In this document: one piece after another, positions 33,096 through 46,857 of the stretch | How the letters are laid out: every line of letters begins with the position of its first letter | How positions within the stretch are numbered: position 1 is the first letter of the stretch | Origin: the human T2T-CHM13v2.0 reference genome, Homo sapiens | Direction: 5' to 3' (one strand) | DNA: 64,000 bases | Assembly: GCF_009914755.1 (NCBI RefSeq) | Contig: NC_060934.1 | Translations under genes and position numbers: made by a program | The notes under the pieces: model-generated | The model's database searches: none | Told to the model about the DNA's origin: nothing | Seen by the model: the letters and a program-made list of their open reading frames with translations, nothing else

Positions 33096-33470
33096 TGTAC
33101 CAGAGATGTCTTTCATTTCCCCTTGCAGATCCACTTCCCACACTCCTTGTGAGGCTGATGGTTAGACAATGTGGACGTGCTCCTGTGCCCTCTGGCTTCA
33201 CGTTGGGTTGGACCAATGAGGAGGCCTGGCAGGAGATGGGAGGGAGAGGGGGAGTAATGGCAGAGCATTGGCTGCTCCCTTGCTCCCTCCTGGGAGCTTA
33301 CCTGACCCACTCAATCTGCTCGACAAAGCTCTCCCCTTCCAGGTGTCTGTAACATCTTCCTCCTCTCATTCTTTTGTGGTGAGGTAGTGACAGCTTTTTA
33401 AATTCTAACCCCAGCTTCCTGCACATTTTTTTGTGGTTCCTCTACACCTTTGTAAATAAATCCCCTGCCG
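33096..33470 (+). mobile_element. LTR33-like ERVL LTR fragment
   Basis: tgccctctggcttc...gttgggttggaccaatg...ggcaggagat. Confidence 0.6.
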
Positions 33471-35009
33471 GTAGAGAGGTGCACAGAACAATGCCGCATC
33501 TTACAAGTAATGGCATCTTAGAAAAAATTAAGTACAGCTTTAAAACTGACTCATTCTCTTTCACTTTACATGTTAGCAAGATGTGCAGAGACTGGCCTGT
33601 CCAAGGCCTTCCCACTGTCGGGAGGTAGGCTGGTGGTAGGCAAGAGCTAAGGGGAGAGACATGAGAAAAATTCCCCACTGTAGAAGGCCATGGCTACTGG
33701 ACTCAGGGCAATGATGCACTGTAGTATCTTCTATGCTAGAATTCCCTTGTGCTAAAGCACAATTCTTATGTGTTGCAGTAATATTTTTCTCAGTGTTACA
33801 GCCTGATCTTATCTATGGCCTAAGTAGGGCCTAAACCCACCCTTGCTGTGTAACAGAAATAGAAAAACAGCAAGAAGGGGGAACTGGTTACCAGACAGCA
33901 AGCAGTGACCTAAAAAAGCAGAGGATGCCTACATAGAAACACTTGAGTGAGCTGACAAGTAATGAGCAGAGTGGAATAAGGACATGAATGCTCTGCGGTG
34001 TCCCCGACATCTGGGGCGGAAAAGGTAAAAGACAGTACCCCCTTCTGCCACATATGACTCAGGGTGCCAAAGGAGAGAAGAAGGGGATCCCTGCAGACTG
34101 GGACGCCTAGGTTTCCTACAGGTTTAATCATATTTAGGTGAATGTATTTCTTGAATGCTCTTGTGCATGAGCCCATTCTTAGCCAGGTATATGCATTTTA
34201 GTGGTGGGAGCAAGCTAGAACTTCCCAAATCACCTTGAAATCTGCTTCACAGTTAGCAATTTAATACTCCCAGATACACCAGACATTCATTGCATTGAAA
34301 ACCAGGCATATTCTTTTCAAATAGGATTGGAAGAAGGGACATTTTCCTACTTTCATCTGATTCTTTTGAAAGTTACCAGAAAAGAGTATCCAGACTCTGA
34401 TTGGTTGTGGGAAGTTGCTTTATAAAAAGTCGGTTAACTTTTTTGAATAAAACCATTATCTCATAGATGACTGATAAGCTAACTTCAACAAAAATGAACT
34501 GTATTTTTTCTAATATAATAATTCTAATTATTAAAATTCATCAAGTAAAAAAATGCACTGATCACCAAAATTAATTAATTAATTAAATGGATCCTGAGGA
34601 AAGCCAGAGCTTTGTCACACCATGCACAGTTTATGGTGATAGAACTCTTGCAACTTTCTCCTTCTCTACTCTCTCCTATTTGCCAGATTATAAACATTTC
34701 TTCTACATGCAAAGATCCTCTGACTCCCCAATTGTAGTTGATACTTATCTTCTTTTACCTGGATATTTATGGTGTCTCCTAAAGATAAGCTATGATGTTG
34801 TATTTTGCCAAAGGTGTTCACCTCCCTTGAATGTGAATTTCTCCAGCATAATTCTTTAGTATTTCAAACGCAAATGAGAGTTATCTGAAAAATAATCTGC
34901 AAGACACCTCCCCTCATTCTGAGGCTTTCCTCTTTTCATGTGTTAATGGATTGATACATTTGTTGTGGAAGGTAAGGAAACAGATGTTTCTTCATACTAC
35001 TCGGCCCCC

Positions 35010-35496
35010 ACCTAAAATCATGAGGGTCTCCAAAACTCCACCTACCTACGGCAGCAACCCTGGATAAATATTACCAGGAGTCTCAATTGTCCACATGTGC
35101 AATGTTTGATGTATACACTTTATATCATAATTAATAGGTACATAAGTATAAAATGTTACACAATACAGTCAGTGAAGCAAAACGTTCACTCTTAAAATTC
35201 AAACTTTGAGATATTAGAAATGGGAAAACTGAACGAGCTTTTGCCATGTTTCTTTCAGTACAAGTTCTCTATTACGCAGAATTATTTTAGTTGCTGGTGT
35301 CAGAAACCCAATTCTGTGGTTTGCAGAAGAATTTTCTTTATAAAATTGAAGTTTTAAGGGACGTCAGTGTTTATGCCATTTTTCCAGTTCCAAAATGATT
35401 CCATTCCATTCTAGAAATTTGAAGTATGTAACCTGAAATCCTTAATAAAATTTGGATTTAATTTTATAAAATGTAAAAAAAAAAAAAAAAAAAAAA
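35010..35496 (+). pseudogene. Probable retrotransposed mRNA 3' UTR fragment (5' boundary uncertain)
   Basis: AATAAA at 35444-35449 then A22 at 35475-35496 with no Alu/L1 body; locally CpG-retaining. Confidence 0.6.
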
Positions 35497-35749
35497 CGAA
35501 ATCTACTCGCTTGTAAAACTGGGAAAGGTCAGGGGTAATGTGGGCCTCAGGCACCATGAATTAAATGAACAACTATGGTGTTATTTGAATTCATTCACCT
35601 CCTGACTGTTTTTCTCTGCAGGGCAGCTGACAACCTCGGCAAGGCAGAAGTCACCATGAAAGCTTCCTTTTCTCAAGTATTTACCATTCAAAACTTTAGG
35701 GAAATTCATTAACATAAATTGGCAATGATATTAGATGATTTAATTTTGA

Positions 35750-36360
35750 AGGCAAATAAAAGGTTTTTGGAGGATACTGTTGCATTGCTGCTAGGAATAT
35801 AAATTGGTCTAACCACTTTGTAAAACTATTAGGCAGTATTTACTAAAGCAAAATATACATGTGGTCTATGGCCCAGCAATTCCACTTCTGGGTATGTTCC
35901 CAAAAGAACTGAATGCTTGTGTTTATAAAAAGATATGTGCAAGAATAGTCATAGCAGCATTATACATAACAGTCTCCAAATGGAAACGAACCAATTATCT
36001 ACTAATAATAAAATGAATAAATTGTGTTATATCCATACAATAGAATACATACAATTTTGAAAAGAAACAGCTAGTCCTACACACAGCGAGATGAATGGAT
36101 CTCATAAACATTGACAAACTAGACACCAGAGAATACATATTATATTATTCTATTTATACAAAGTTCAAAAACAAGGAAAACTAACTTATGATAAGAGGTC
36201 AGAATATTAGTTACCTTTGCAGTTATTGAGTGGTGAAGGTATAAGTGATCTGCTAGGGTGCTGGAAATGCTCAATAATAAGGAAGTGGTAGTTATATGGA
36301 TATGTAAAACTTCACCAAACTTTGATGTTCTTCATTGAATATAAAATATACCTCACCAGA
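35750..36360 (+). mobile_element. Old L1M 3' fragment
   Basis: atggcccagcaattccacttctgggtat...aagttcaaaaacaaggaaaactaa. Confidence 0.7.
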
Positions 36361-37047
36361 AAGTTTAAAGAAAGGAGAAAAAAAAAGGTCCTTAGAGCAA
36401 TAAAAAAAATACCTATGCCTGATACGCGATTGTCTTCTGGGCATACACATAGTACTCATCTGAGTACCCATCCAATTATTAAAAAAAATTCCTAAGAAGT
36501 GACATTTAATGTAACTTGTATATAAAATATTTGACTTTAAATACCTAATAAATGTTTGAACATTCATATATTTTACTTTATTATATTCTTATTTCTTCTT
36601 TACAATCTGTCTTAGAGTTCTAATAATTATAATTTTGAGAGCCTGTTTCTACTGTCAGTTTTTCCTTCTGGTTCTTACTTATTTCCTTATGTGTTTATTT
36701 GTTTACTAGGTACTGATAATGTCCTTGAAACAATATTAATGGTAATCCTTTGAAGACTAGACTTCTCCAAAGAGGATTTATGTCTGATAGCTTCAGGTGC
36801 CTGGAAGTATCAGCAATACACTCTGACCCACCTCCAACCAAATTCAGAAGCTTGGGGTCCCATAGACCACCTAGACAATGTAAACCAAGCCTGCAAATCT
36901 GTTTTAGAACAGACTATGGCTCCAACTTCTCAGGAAAGTTTTTTTCCCCCTTTTTCTTCCCTCCAACCAACTCAAGACAACCCTATCCAAAGATACCAAA
37001 GGGTGGAAATGGGAATTGAGTATTAGGGAGGCTGAAGTGGGTTTAGT

Positions 37048-37416
37048 TGTATTTAGTTTTTTCTCACACTGCTAATAATATAAAGAACTGCCTGAGCTGG
37101 GTAATTTATAAAGGAAAGAGGTTTAATTCACTTACAGTTCTACATGGTTGGGGAGCCCTCAGGAAACTTACAATCATGGCAGAAGGGGAAGCAAACCCAT
37201 CCTTCTTCACAAGGTGGCAGGAGAGAGAAGAGTGAGGAGTGAAGGGAGAAGAGCCCTTATAAAACCATCAGATCTCATGCGAACTCACTATCACAAGAAC
37301 AGCATGGGGGAAACTGCCCCCATGATCCAATCATCTCCCACCAGATCTCTCCCTAGATACTTAGGGATTACAATTCGGATGAGATTTGCGTGGGGACACA
37401 GAGTCAAACCATATCA
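37048..37416 (-). mobile_element. MaLR solo LTR (THE1/MST-like)
   Basis: tgtatttag...gggtaatttataaaggaaagagg...ggggacacagagtcaaaccatatca. Confidence 0.88.
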
Positions 37417-38389
37417 GTTGTGGACTTTTACCCTGGGGATATCTCTGCTCTTTAAGGTCTGATCTTAATTTGGGGAGTCTCCTATTTGACTCTTCTTCTT
37501 GGGAGATCCCTTCATTTCTGTACTTGAAGCCCAACAGAAGTGAACCCCAGCTGCCCCTTACAGGCAGTTCCCTCAGAACAGAAACAGCTTTAGGCTCTGC
37601 TTACTTCTATGGGTTCGTTTCCCTCTCTGTTTCTTTATTATGTTGTCAGGTGCTCTCAAGGTATTTTTCTATTTTAATTTTATCCAGCTATTTTATTTCT
37701 TTTTACTAGAATCGTTGGTCTGAATAACATAGCCCACAAATTATACTTGAATCTTTCATTTATTCTTATCAACTTTGGTATTTTTCTGATACAAAAAGAA
37801 TTTCCAAAATTAGATCACATTTCATGATTCTAAACTCATAAAATAGAAGGATCCTTCTTATTATAACGAAAAGAACATAACTCTTCCAATTATCATGGAA
37901 TTTCAGAATAAAGCCCCAAACCAAAGACAAGAGGTGACTGTTTCCTCCACATTCTGAAGAGGAACTGTGGATCCACCAGACACCTCCCCTCAAGCCTTGG
38001 TGAGAATTAACTGGTTCTTTGACCCTGCAAGCCCCTCCATTCCCATCCTACCTAGCCCTTCTAGGCAAAATACCAAGTATGTTTTAAGAGGGTCAGGGTG
38101 GTACTGACTTCCAGGCCTTAGGGGCAAGAATTTTGGATTTTGTCCTCTCTGCTCATGAAGAAAGAAAGTGCTCTCCCTTCCAGACCAAATGACAGAGGCT
38201 CCTAGAGAAATTTTAAGAAACTGGAGGTTCTAGCAATAAGGTACCCCAGCAGGATGAGAGTGAGCTGCAGAAGCTTAGGGTGGATCCAAATAGGGTGTTG
38301 TGAGAGAATTTGAGAGAGCCTTACATGAGTTCCCTGGAGTGCAGAGATCAACCTGAATATAGAGACCAGTGCCTGCCTCTGGCCTAAGT

Positions 38390-38552
38390 CAGAGCTTCTC
38401 ACACTTTAAGGTGCACATGAATCACCTGGGGATCATGGTAAAAAGCAGATTCTAATTCAGTGGGGCATGGGTGGAGCCTGAGGTTCTTTTGTATTTCTAG
38501 TAAGGTTCCACATGATGCTGCTGGTCCCTAGACCACACTTTAAGTAGCCGTG
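38390..38552. mobile_element. MER5-type hAT MITE
   Basis: gaatcacctgggga...gcagattct...gaccacacttt. Confidence 0.75.
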
Positions 38553-39503
38553 GCCTACAGAATTCTGAAAGTGGGAGGCTGGCTAGAACAATCCTCCAAA
38601 GCAAGGTGGAAGAAATAACAGTAGTGCCCAGTGAGGAGCCACACTTCTAGCTCTTGGCATGGCCAAGATGTGTGGCATTGCCCTTGTGCAAAATATAGGT
38701 CACAGAAGTAGGTAGGCTTGAGCTGGCTTGAATGTGACACCCAGAAGGATGGCCTGTAAGAAACAGAATCCCAGTAGTAGGAGGTCATGGAGCTTAGGGG
38801 GTCTTGGAAGAAGTTATCTGGAGAGCACAGAACCCACATCAGAATGGATTTATGTCCAATTGAACCAAAACATAACCCACAAAACGTCAGCCCGAAGACA
38901 CCTGCCATATCAAAGAACAACAATAACGCCAGCTAACTAAAAATACTTCTGTTCCTTTTCCTCATGTGTTCCATTTCCTCTCATCTTCCCTCCTCTTCCA
39001 ACCAGGGAAAAAAGTGAAAGGGTGGGATGTGTGAAACAAGAGACCACACTGTCTTTCGCACGAAAGCTCCCTGAGTTAAAGACCTCAGGTTAGGGCTGAG
39101 CTTCAGAAAAAGGACTTAAACTGGCTTTGGCACTGAAGCTTTCATCTGTATCATAATGGACTTTTTAATACTTTATTCTTTATCATTGAAAGGACATTTT
39201 CTTATCCCTGAAAGTGACCAGAAAGTTTTGGGCTTTGCCCACGTTGGTGTTTAGGGACCAGGAAAAGGGATCTGATGACCAAAGAGAAAAGAATGGTGAG
39301 AAGAAAATCCTGGACATAGCTGTATCCTTCATGAGGTTCAGCCCATTCCATAAACCAATTCTATAATACTTCATTGGCTCAATTTATAACCATTGCCTTA
39401 GCCAATTTGCTCATAAATCAAGGATTACCTGTATTTCAAATAATCACTGAATACCTCAAGAGGGAAGCTTCTTTCTAAATAATTTCAGGTTTAAAAGAAT
39501 CAG

Positions 39504-40102
39504 TTCAACCATTGTGGAAGTCAGTGTGGCGATTCCTCAGGGATCTAGAACTAGAAATACCATTTGACCCAGCCATTCCATTACTGGGTATATACCCAAA
39601 GGACTATAAATCATGCTGCTATAAAGACACATGCACACATATGTTTATTGCGGCACTATTCACAATAGCAAAGACTTGGAACCAACCCAAATGTCCAACA
39701 ATGATAGACTGGATTAAGAAAATGTGGCACATATACACCATGGAATACTATGCAGCCATAAAAAAGGATGAGTTCATGTCCTTTGTAGGGACATGGATGA
39801 AATTGGAAATAGTCATTCTCAGTAAACTATCACAAGGACAAAAACCAAACACTGCATGTTCTCACTTATAGGTGGGAATTGAACAATGAGAACACATGGA
39901 CACAGGAAGGGGAACATCACACTCTGGGGACTGTTGTGGGGTGGGGGGAGGGGGGAGGGATAGCATTAGGAGATATACCTGATGCTAAATGACGAGTTAA
40001 TGGGTGCAGCACACCAGCATGGCACATGTATACATATGTAACTAACCTGCACATTGTGCACATGTACCCTAAAACTTAAAGTATAATAATAATAAAATAA
40101 AA
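39504..40102 (+). mobile_element. 5'-truncated young L1 (L1PA3-like)
   Basis: Near-intact ORF2 C-terminus (WRFLRDLELEIPFDPAIPLLGIYPKDYKSCCYKDTC), 3' UTR GCTAAATGACGAGTTAATGGG, TSD AAAAGAATCAG (39493-39503, 40103-40113) at a TT/AAAA site. Confidence 0.95.
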
Positions 40103-42257
40103 AAAAGAATCAGATCTTATTAAACCAATCAACATGACCCTAGGTTTTTAGTAAAGTGATCAATTGCTTTTATTTTATATTTTTTATTCCTTTGTATCAA
40201 GTCACCTATAAATCTAGGCATGTAAAAATATGTAGTTCTCTTCATGTTGTCAGAAGTGTCCAGATGGTTTGACGCCTTACATGGAAAGAAAATCAGCAGT
40301 TAACTTCTAAAGAGGGAACCCTCTGGGAGCAGATCAAAAATAAGAATGTTGTGTTAAGGGGAATATTTTTGGCTAAGGACTAGATTGAGAATTAGAAGAG
40401 TAAAAGAAATTTAAAGGTGTTTTCCCCAAAATAAGCTGCAAAGGCCAACATCCTATAAAAACTAGTTCCTTACATTACAAATATGTACATTAATCAATTG
40501 AAAAATGGGTGAAGATATGAGCAGGCAGTTCACAGAAGAGGAACTCACTAGCAATCAGGGGAGTGCAAACTTAAAAACACAAAGCGATAGCATTTTACAC
40601 TCTTTGGACACGCAAAAACCTAAAAGTTGACAATACAAAATGTTTGAGAAAATACGGAAATAAGAGAATTCCCATATACTGTTGTGGGAGTGCAAAGTAA
40701 GGCAACCACTTAAAATTTGGCAAAAAATCTAGGTAAGGATATACACACCCTCCTACATAACAACTCCACTTTCAGCATACTGTTGGGCATCTAAGCTTTT
40801 TACACATGTACTCCATAAAATAATTTTGGAAAATTACGCAGTCACTTGAAAATGTTTAAATTGAGATGTAATTTTTAATAATAAATTTAAATACTTGCAA
40901 AATATATAATTTTGAAATTGTTATAAATACTGACATTTACAAAATAAAACTGTGATGCCATTCTTTCAAAAGTGGTATCAGATAACCATTACCATCTATT
41001 TTTTTTTAAAATACACAAGCAGTTTTTCTTTAACATTTGGAAAAATTTACCTTGTTTCCTTTTTTGTTTTGACTTGTATTTCCATTCCACTTTATTACTG
41101 AAGTTTATAGTAACATTTTTATGCTTGAATATCTTTTATTGACCACTGTAACATATTGTTACAGAAATGTGTATATAACGAAAAACTGAAAAAGTATTTT
41201 TCTTATAGCTTTAAGATGGTGAGGATTAAAACATTTTTCTTGATTTAAAAAATTATTACCACTTTAAGTGGTAATTTAAATATTAGCAATTCCTCTTTAA
41301 TTACTACTAAATTACTGTTGATCAAAAGCTAAATGTATTACAAAGTTTCATAAGTAATTATTAAATGTAAAATTTTATCAAGAATGCATCTTTTAATTAA
41401 TGAGAATTTTTCATTCATTTAGTTTATATATCCAGAGATGAACATTGTTTACTGCTAAAATGAAACCGGGTTCACCGTAAATTCATAGCAAAATAAACAG
41501 AAGGAGGCTACCAGTAGTACAAGGCTTACCAACAGTATATTAATGATGAAGTGTATTTTTTACAGTAAAATCCATGACATATACCTGTTATGTAAATTTA
41601 ATAAGTACATGATAAGAATGAACAAATGAGTGAAGAATTGGTTGATGGATAACAGTTAGCAGGGACATTGAGTCCAAATAAAAAGTGTATATAGATTTAT
41701 AGTATCCAATAATTTTGTCAAAGGGAATGGAAATCTTTCTCAGCCTGAATAAATGTTTAAGAAAATATAAAACACTAATTTATTTTTAACCTAAGTTTAC
41801 TTTACTTAAAAGTGTAATATTGATCTACAGGAGACAAACATGGACGTTCTTACCTCCTCCCTTCTCAAACTTGCAAATAATGCAGGTGAGCCCAGTAAAT
41901 AGAAGCAGTCACCAAAGTCTTTCTCCTTTCTCAGAATGAGAAATCCGGGCTGTGCTTCTCAACACACTGGTGTTTCCCAGATTGCCTTTTGCAACTCCTG
42001 AATATTCTTACATGGGTAAATACCAAAACTTTGTCATGAGTTCACTGTCCCAGTGAAATACAACACCAACACCCTCTGTATTTCTTACCTGTTTTGCTCT
42101 CACAGGACTCCCCACTCAGGAGTGATGTGTACTTTAACAATCAGGAGAAGTAATAGAAGAGATCATTAAACAAAAATTGTCCTGCCAACCCACTCTACAA
42201 TATATCTGAATTCAGATCATTCCTTCATGGGTCAAAAGACCATTTCTAATTCCACTA

Positions 42258-42360
42258 GCTTTGCCAGATTTAACAAACTCACACACACATACAAATGTAC
42301 ATGATGCCCAGTTAAATTAAAATTTCAGTAAATGACAAATAATTTTCTAATATAAGTATG
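42258..42360 (+). mobile_element. MER53-like fragment
   Basis: ttgccagat...gatgcccagttaaattaaaatttcag...tataagtatg. Confidence 0.65.
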
Positions 42361-43189
42361 GGAGAAAAAGATGGCGAATAAGGAAGTGGGAACTTGCATG
42401 TGGCTCTCAGGCTGTCAATATTAGGATCTGAAAACCGATTCCTTTAACAACCATTCATACTGAAAAAGCCTCTGTTTGTGTGTGCATGCACATGTATAGG
42501 TAGGTGCTCTCATGTGTGTTTTTGAGTGCATGCATGTGAGTGTATGTTGGTAGGGGGGCGTTGGTTCAGTGCATTTACCCTAATTTGAAGACCAATGTCC
42601 TGGGAGGGGCAGGGCTCCCCAGCAGGTCTGCATTAAATGGGGACATGGGTTGTGATTTATGCCACAAGATACTGACCTCCTTAGCCCTTAGGGCAGCCGT
42701 GGCTTAGAGGCACAGTAACATCTGGCAGGGCAATCCAAGGGAAAAAGGTTGGGAAGCCCCATATGGAAGCTATTCTCACTAATGTGCAAGGTGACACAAC
42801 CATAAATGCTCACAGCAGCATTCTTTATAATTCCAAAAAAAAATCTGGAAATAAAATGTCCACGAGAGGGAAAATGGATGAATGAATTGCAGTGTATTCA
42901 ATTAACCAAATATTATCGTAAATGAAAATTGATGAACTTTATCTACATCTCCCAATATAAAGAGATCTCAAAATCCTAGCATTGAGAAAAAAGCAGGTTG
43001 CAAGAGAATGCACGCAATATGGCAGTGTGTGTAATATTTACACAGTTATATAAGGTTTTGAAAGACAAAAATATTGTATATTAAAAGCATTTAAGCATGG
43101 ATTAGAAGGATGCACAGTAACTTCAGAGAAGTGCCTGCCACTGAAGGAAGAAGGGAGATTGAGAAGGAGGAGTAAACACTGGCAGCACA

Positions 43190-43365
43190 CATCCTTCAGA
43201 CATCAGGGCATCAGGTTTTGTTCTCAGTTCTTTACATTTTTATTCACTTAATCCTCTCAACAACTCTATGAGGTACTGGATAGTATTATCTCCATTTTGC
43301 AGATGAAGTATCTGAAGCCCAGAAACAGGGAGATTAGAAAATTTATCCAAGGTCACACAGCTTTC
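43190..43365 (-). mobile_element. MIR
   Basis: caacaactctatgaggt...ccattttgcagatgaag...ccaaggtcacacag. Confidence 0.72.
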
Positions 43366-44645
43366 ATAAAGGGCACAAAATGAGTTATAAACTGTACATT
43401 TAAATTTTTCTTTTATTAAAATAATTTGAAGTAAATATGATAAAATGATAATGCAACAGATGAATGGGTCTTAGACACTTCACCTGTTGCCATTTGTTTG
43501 AAATATTAAATTTAAAACTCTGCTTCTTTCATGAGTTCACATTTGTCTAATAAGATCATTCTAAAATTCTGGTTATGGTTTCTTTAAAAAATATACATCT
43601 TTTCCTTAACGGTCCTCACTAATAGCAGACAAATTAAATATATTAGTATCCTTTTTAATGTTTGCTATGGTGAAATGGAAATAAAAACATTTTATCTGTC
43701 TTTATTAGACAATTTTGCTGTAAAACTGCATCCCACACTAGAATTCATGTTATAATATTTAAGAAGTGTTTCTTGTCCAAAAAATTTGTACTCTGCATGA
43801 TCCAAATGGATGGATGGAAATTAGGCCAAATTTTCCCTTAATTGATTGAATTAAGTAAGGTTTTTTTACAGAGAAATTAAATGCCAATATGTAAAAGCTT
43901 GCTGCAATTAAAATTTTAAGATCCAAGAGAATAAGTAATTTGAAGAGTAATCTCTGATTTATGTGCTCAGAAAAAATTTCAGGTGTTAATTTTATCTCCA
44001 CACTCAAAATATATTCTAATATTTCATACAAAGTTGTTGATGAGGAAATTGATTGTCACTAGAATTGCTCTCTGGGGCTGGGGAGAGCCGCCGAAGTTGC
44101 CCCACAGAAGCAGATCTCCACAAAGACCAGGAGCTGGAGGCAACTGGTGAATACTTCCTGACAAATCTCAGCTGTTACCTAATTACCTTCATTTGTTTTG
44201 CTTTAAAAATATAGGGAATTCCCTCAGTTCTCTGCTCTAATGTTGGCAGAAAACAGACCTGGCCTAAGTCATGTAGATCAGTTTGGGTAACAGCAGGCTT
44301 CCAGCTTCTGGGGCCCCTGGGAGGTCTGTAATTAAACAACTCTAGGATTTACAGAATCCTAGTCAAGGAGGCACACACTTTGAGCTGCTTTCTCCACAAC
44401 CAACTTGTCCCATTGTGAGAAGTTTCCATCAATACTCTTTGGGTTCAGACACTGATCAAAGAAGTTGCTTGCCTCAATGTAACGATATGCCATGTAAGAA
44501 GAGGATATTGCACCTGAACGGATTCGGGTATTTGATTAATTGGCAGTTAAGAGACAGCAGAAGACAGAATGGAACACAGGGCAGATACGTTTTAATGAGG
44601 AAAGTATAGAAAGGTACACACTATAGGGCAATAGAAGTTAGGGCA

Positions 44646-45100
44646 GGTTATTAGGGTTTTCCAGAGAAACAGAACCAATATATGAGAAGGGAAGAGATTG
44701 AGAGATTTATTTTGAGGCACTGGCTCACATGATTGTGAAAGCTAAGAAATCCCATGATCTGCAATTTGCAGGCAGGAGACCCAGGAAATCCAGTGGTGTA
44801 GTACAGTAGGAGACCAAAGGCCTAAGAACTGGTGTGCTGACTGTCCCTGTCCCAGGGCAGGAGAAACAGTCAGACACAAAGCAAATTTTCCCTTCCTCCA
44901 CCTTTTCGCTCTATTCAGGCCCCAACAGATTGGATGATTCTCACCCATACAGAAATGGGCAATCCGCTTTAATGAGTGAACTGATTGAAATGCTAACCTT
45001 ACCCAGACACACCCCATAGACACATCCGGAAATAATGTTTAGACAAATATATGGGTACCCCATGATCCAATGAAGATGATACATAAAAGGAACTATCACA
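44646..45100 (-). mobile_element. MLT2 solo LTR
   Basis: ttagggttttccagagaaacagaaccaata...ggctcacatgattgtg...aactatcaca. Confidence 0.82.
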
Positions 45101-45392
45101 GGCAGGCTGCAAAAGAATGCATAACCAGGAAAAACCATCAGGATACCCAGGAAATTGAAAACCTCAAGAATAGGATGAGGAGGCAGGAATCATAATCTTT
45201 GTGCCCTTCACAATGATCTAGTATTTGACCCTGAACTTGAGGACTCTGTCATACTTAGTATAATAAAGAAGATATTTGAACACCCTAGAGTGAGTCTCCT
45301 CAGAGTTCAGTTGCAGATTTCCAGGTCCACGAAACCAGTCATCAACCACTGAGATGTATTTTGCAGGAAGGAAGAATATAATGAAAAGTACA

Positions 45393-45559
45393 GGCTGGGC
45401 ATGGTGGCTCACACCTGCAATCTCAGTACTTTGGGAGGCTGAAGTGAAAGGATTGCTTGAGGCCAGGAGTTTGAGACCAACCTAGGCAACGTGGTGAGAC
45501 CCACCCCCCATCTCTACAAAAATATTTTTAAAATATTTTAAATAATAAAAAATCATAAC
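45393..45559 (+). mobile_element. Free left Alu monomer (FLAM-like)
   Basis: Monomer plus tail; TSD AATGAAAAGTACA (45380-45392, 45560-45572). Confidence 0.88.
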
Positions 45560-45742
45560 AATGAAAAGTACAAGTCAGCTGAGCTCAATTTTTCTACTTA
45601 CAAGTTAATGTCATGAGCTCCTTTAGCCTCAGTTCCTTCACCCATAAAATAGAGATAACAGTGTTTAGGATTGTTGTGAAGACTAACAGAATGACTGATG
45701 AGTAATAAACAATTAAATGTGAGATGCTATCATTGACATGAT

Positions 45743-45765
45743 ACACACACACACACACACACACA
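45743..45765. repeat. (AC)n microsatellite
   Basis: Direct read. Confidence 0.9.
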
Positions 45766-46074
45766 TAAAATGGTAAAAGTGTACACCTTGGCCAATGTCA
45801 ACAGCTTGCACTCAATGGCTAATATTCAACACATATTTTATAAAGATCTTATCTTTGTTTTGTTGACAAACATTTGATCAGCTTCTTGGCTATAAGGAAT
45901 GTGATGTATTGATTCTCATTTGACCCTGTGCTGGTGCCAATATTAATTAATTATAAGAGGGGTTGATTGATGAATACAAAAATACAGTTATATAGTAGAA
46001 ATAAGATCTAGTGTTTGGTAGCACAATAGGGTGACTACAATTAATAATTGTACATTTCAAAATAACTAGATGTT

Positions 46075-46570
46075 ATTTTGACTAGTCATAACCCGTCACC
46101 ATTGGCCTAGTGAAAACTTCCCCTCCCTTTGTGAACTGTTGATCACACAAAACCTAATTGTCGACACCAGAGTAATATAAATAAGTTCCCACACCCCAAT
46201 TTTTCAGATGTTTTCTTGAAACTAGCCAATCCACAATCCCCTTGGGAAAGCCTAAGGGACAACCATGGACCTTGATAAGGACAAAGTCCACAGGTCCTCT
46301 CTCTGTCTAGCTCCCCAACTGCTGGTTGAGCTCCCTGTGACCTCCAGACTTACCATGGGCCTCCTGTCGGCACCCCTAATTCTCTGGGTCCTGTAATAAT
46401 TTCTTGCTTCATGCATTTTGGTTTCACCTCCTCATTGTGCCTCACTTGACCAACACACTCCAACCTAACTTTCCCCTGGTCAGGTCTCTTCTAGAGAGTG
46501 GCTATCTTGGCTGATGGCCACTCTCAAGAGAGGCCTTAAGACCAAATGAGAAAGAAACCATAACAATAGA
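46075..46570 (+). mobile_element. ERV-type LTR fragment, family not assigned
   Basis: CCAAT box (agccaatc), LTR-like R/U5 composition, ends ...aaccataaca. Confidence 0.45.
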
Positions 46571-46857
46571 TGTCACTTAAACATCTATATGTCTTTAAAT
46601 ATCATATTTGTAAACTATCTAAGGTGATCTGTGGATTATTTTCCTCTGCAAGCTTCCTGGATTTTTGGTGCCAACAGTAAGTACTGAGCACTAAAGGGTA
46701 TGTAAGAGAGAGCTTGTGAACAAATGGTGCATTTCTTTGGCAAGATTCTATAACCATATACTAATGATTTGGATATTATTTCACACTGAGCATGCTTTTC
46801 CTCACTAACAGCACACAGAACTGGCTAGGTAATTCAGTCTGCCAGCACGTTGGGAAA

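Noticed and set aside
34568-34587. (AATT)n self-complementary run
   Set aside because: Short simple repeat in AT-rich context; no supporting structure.
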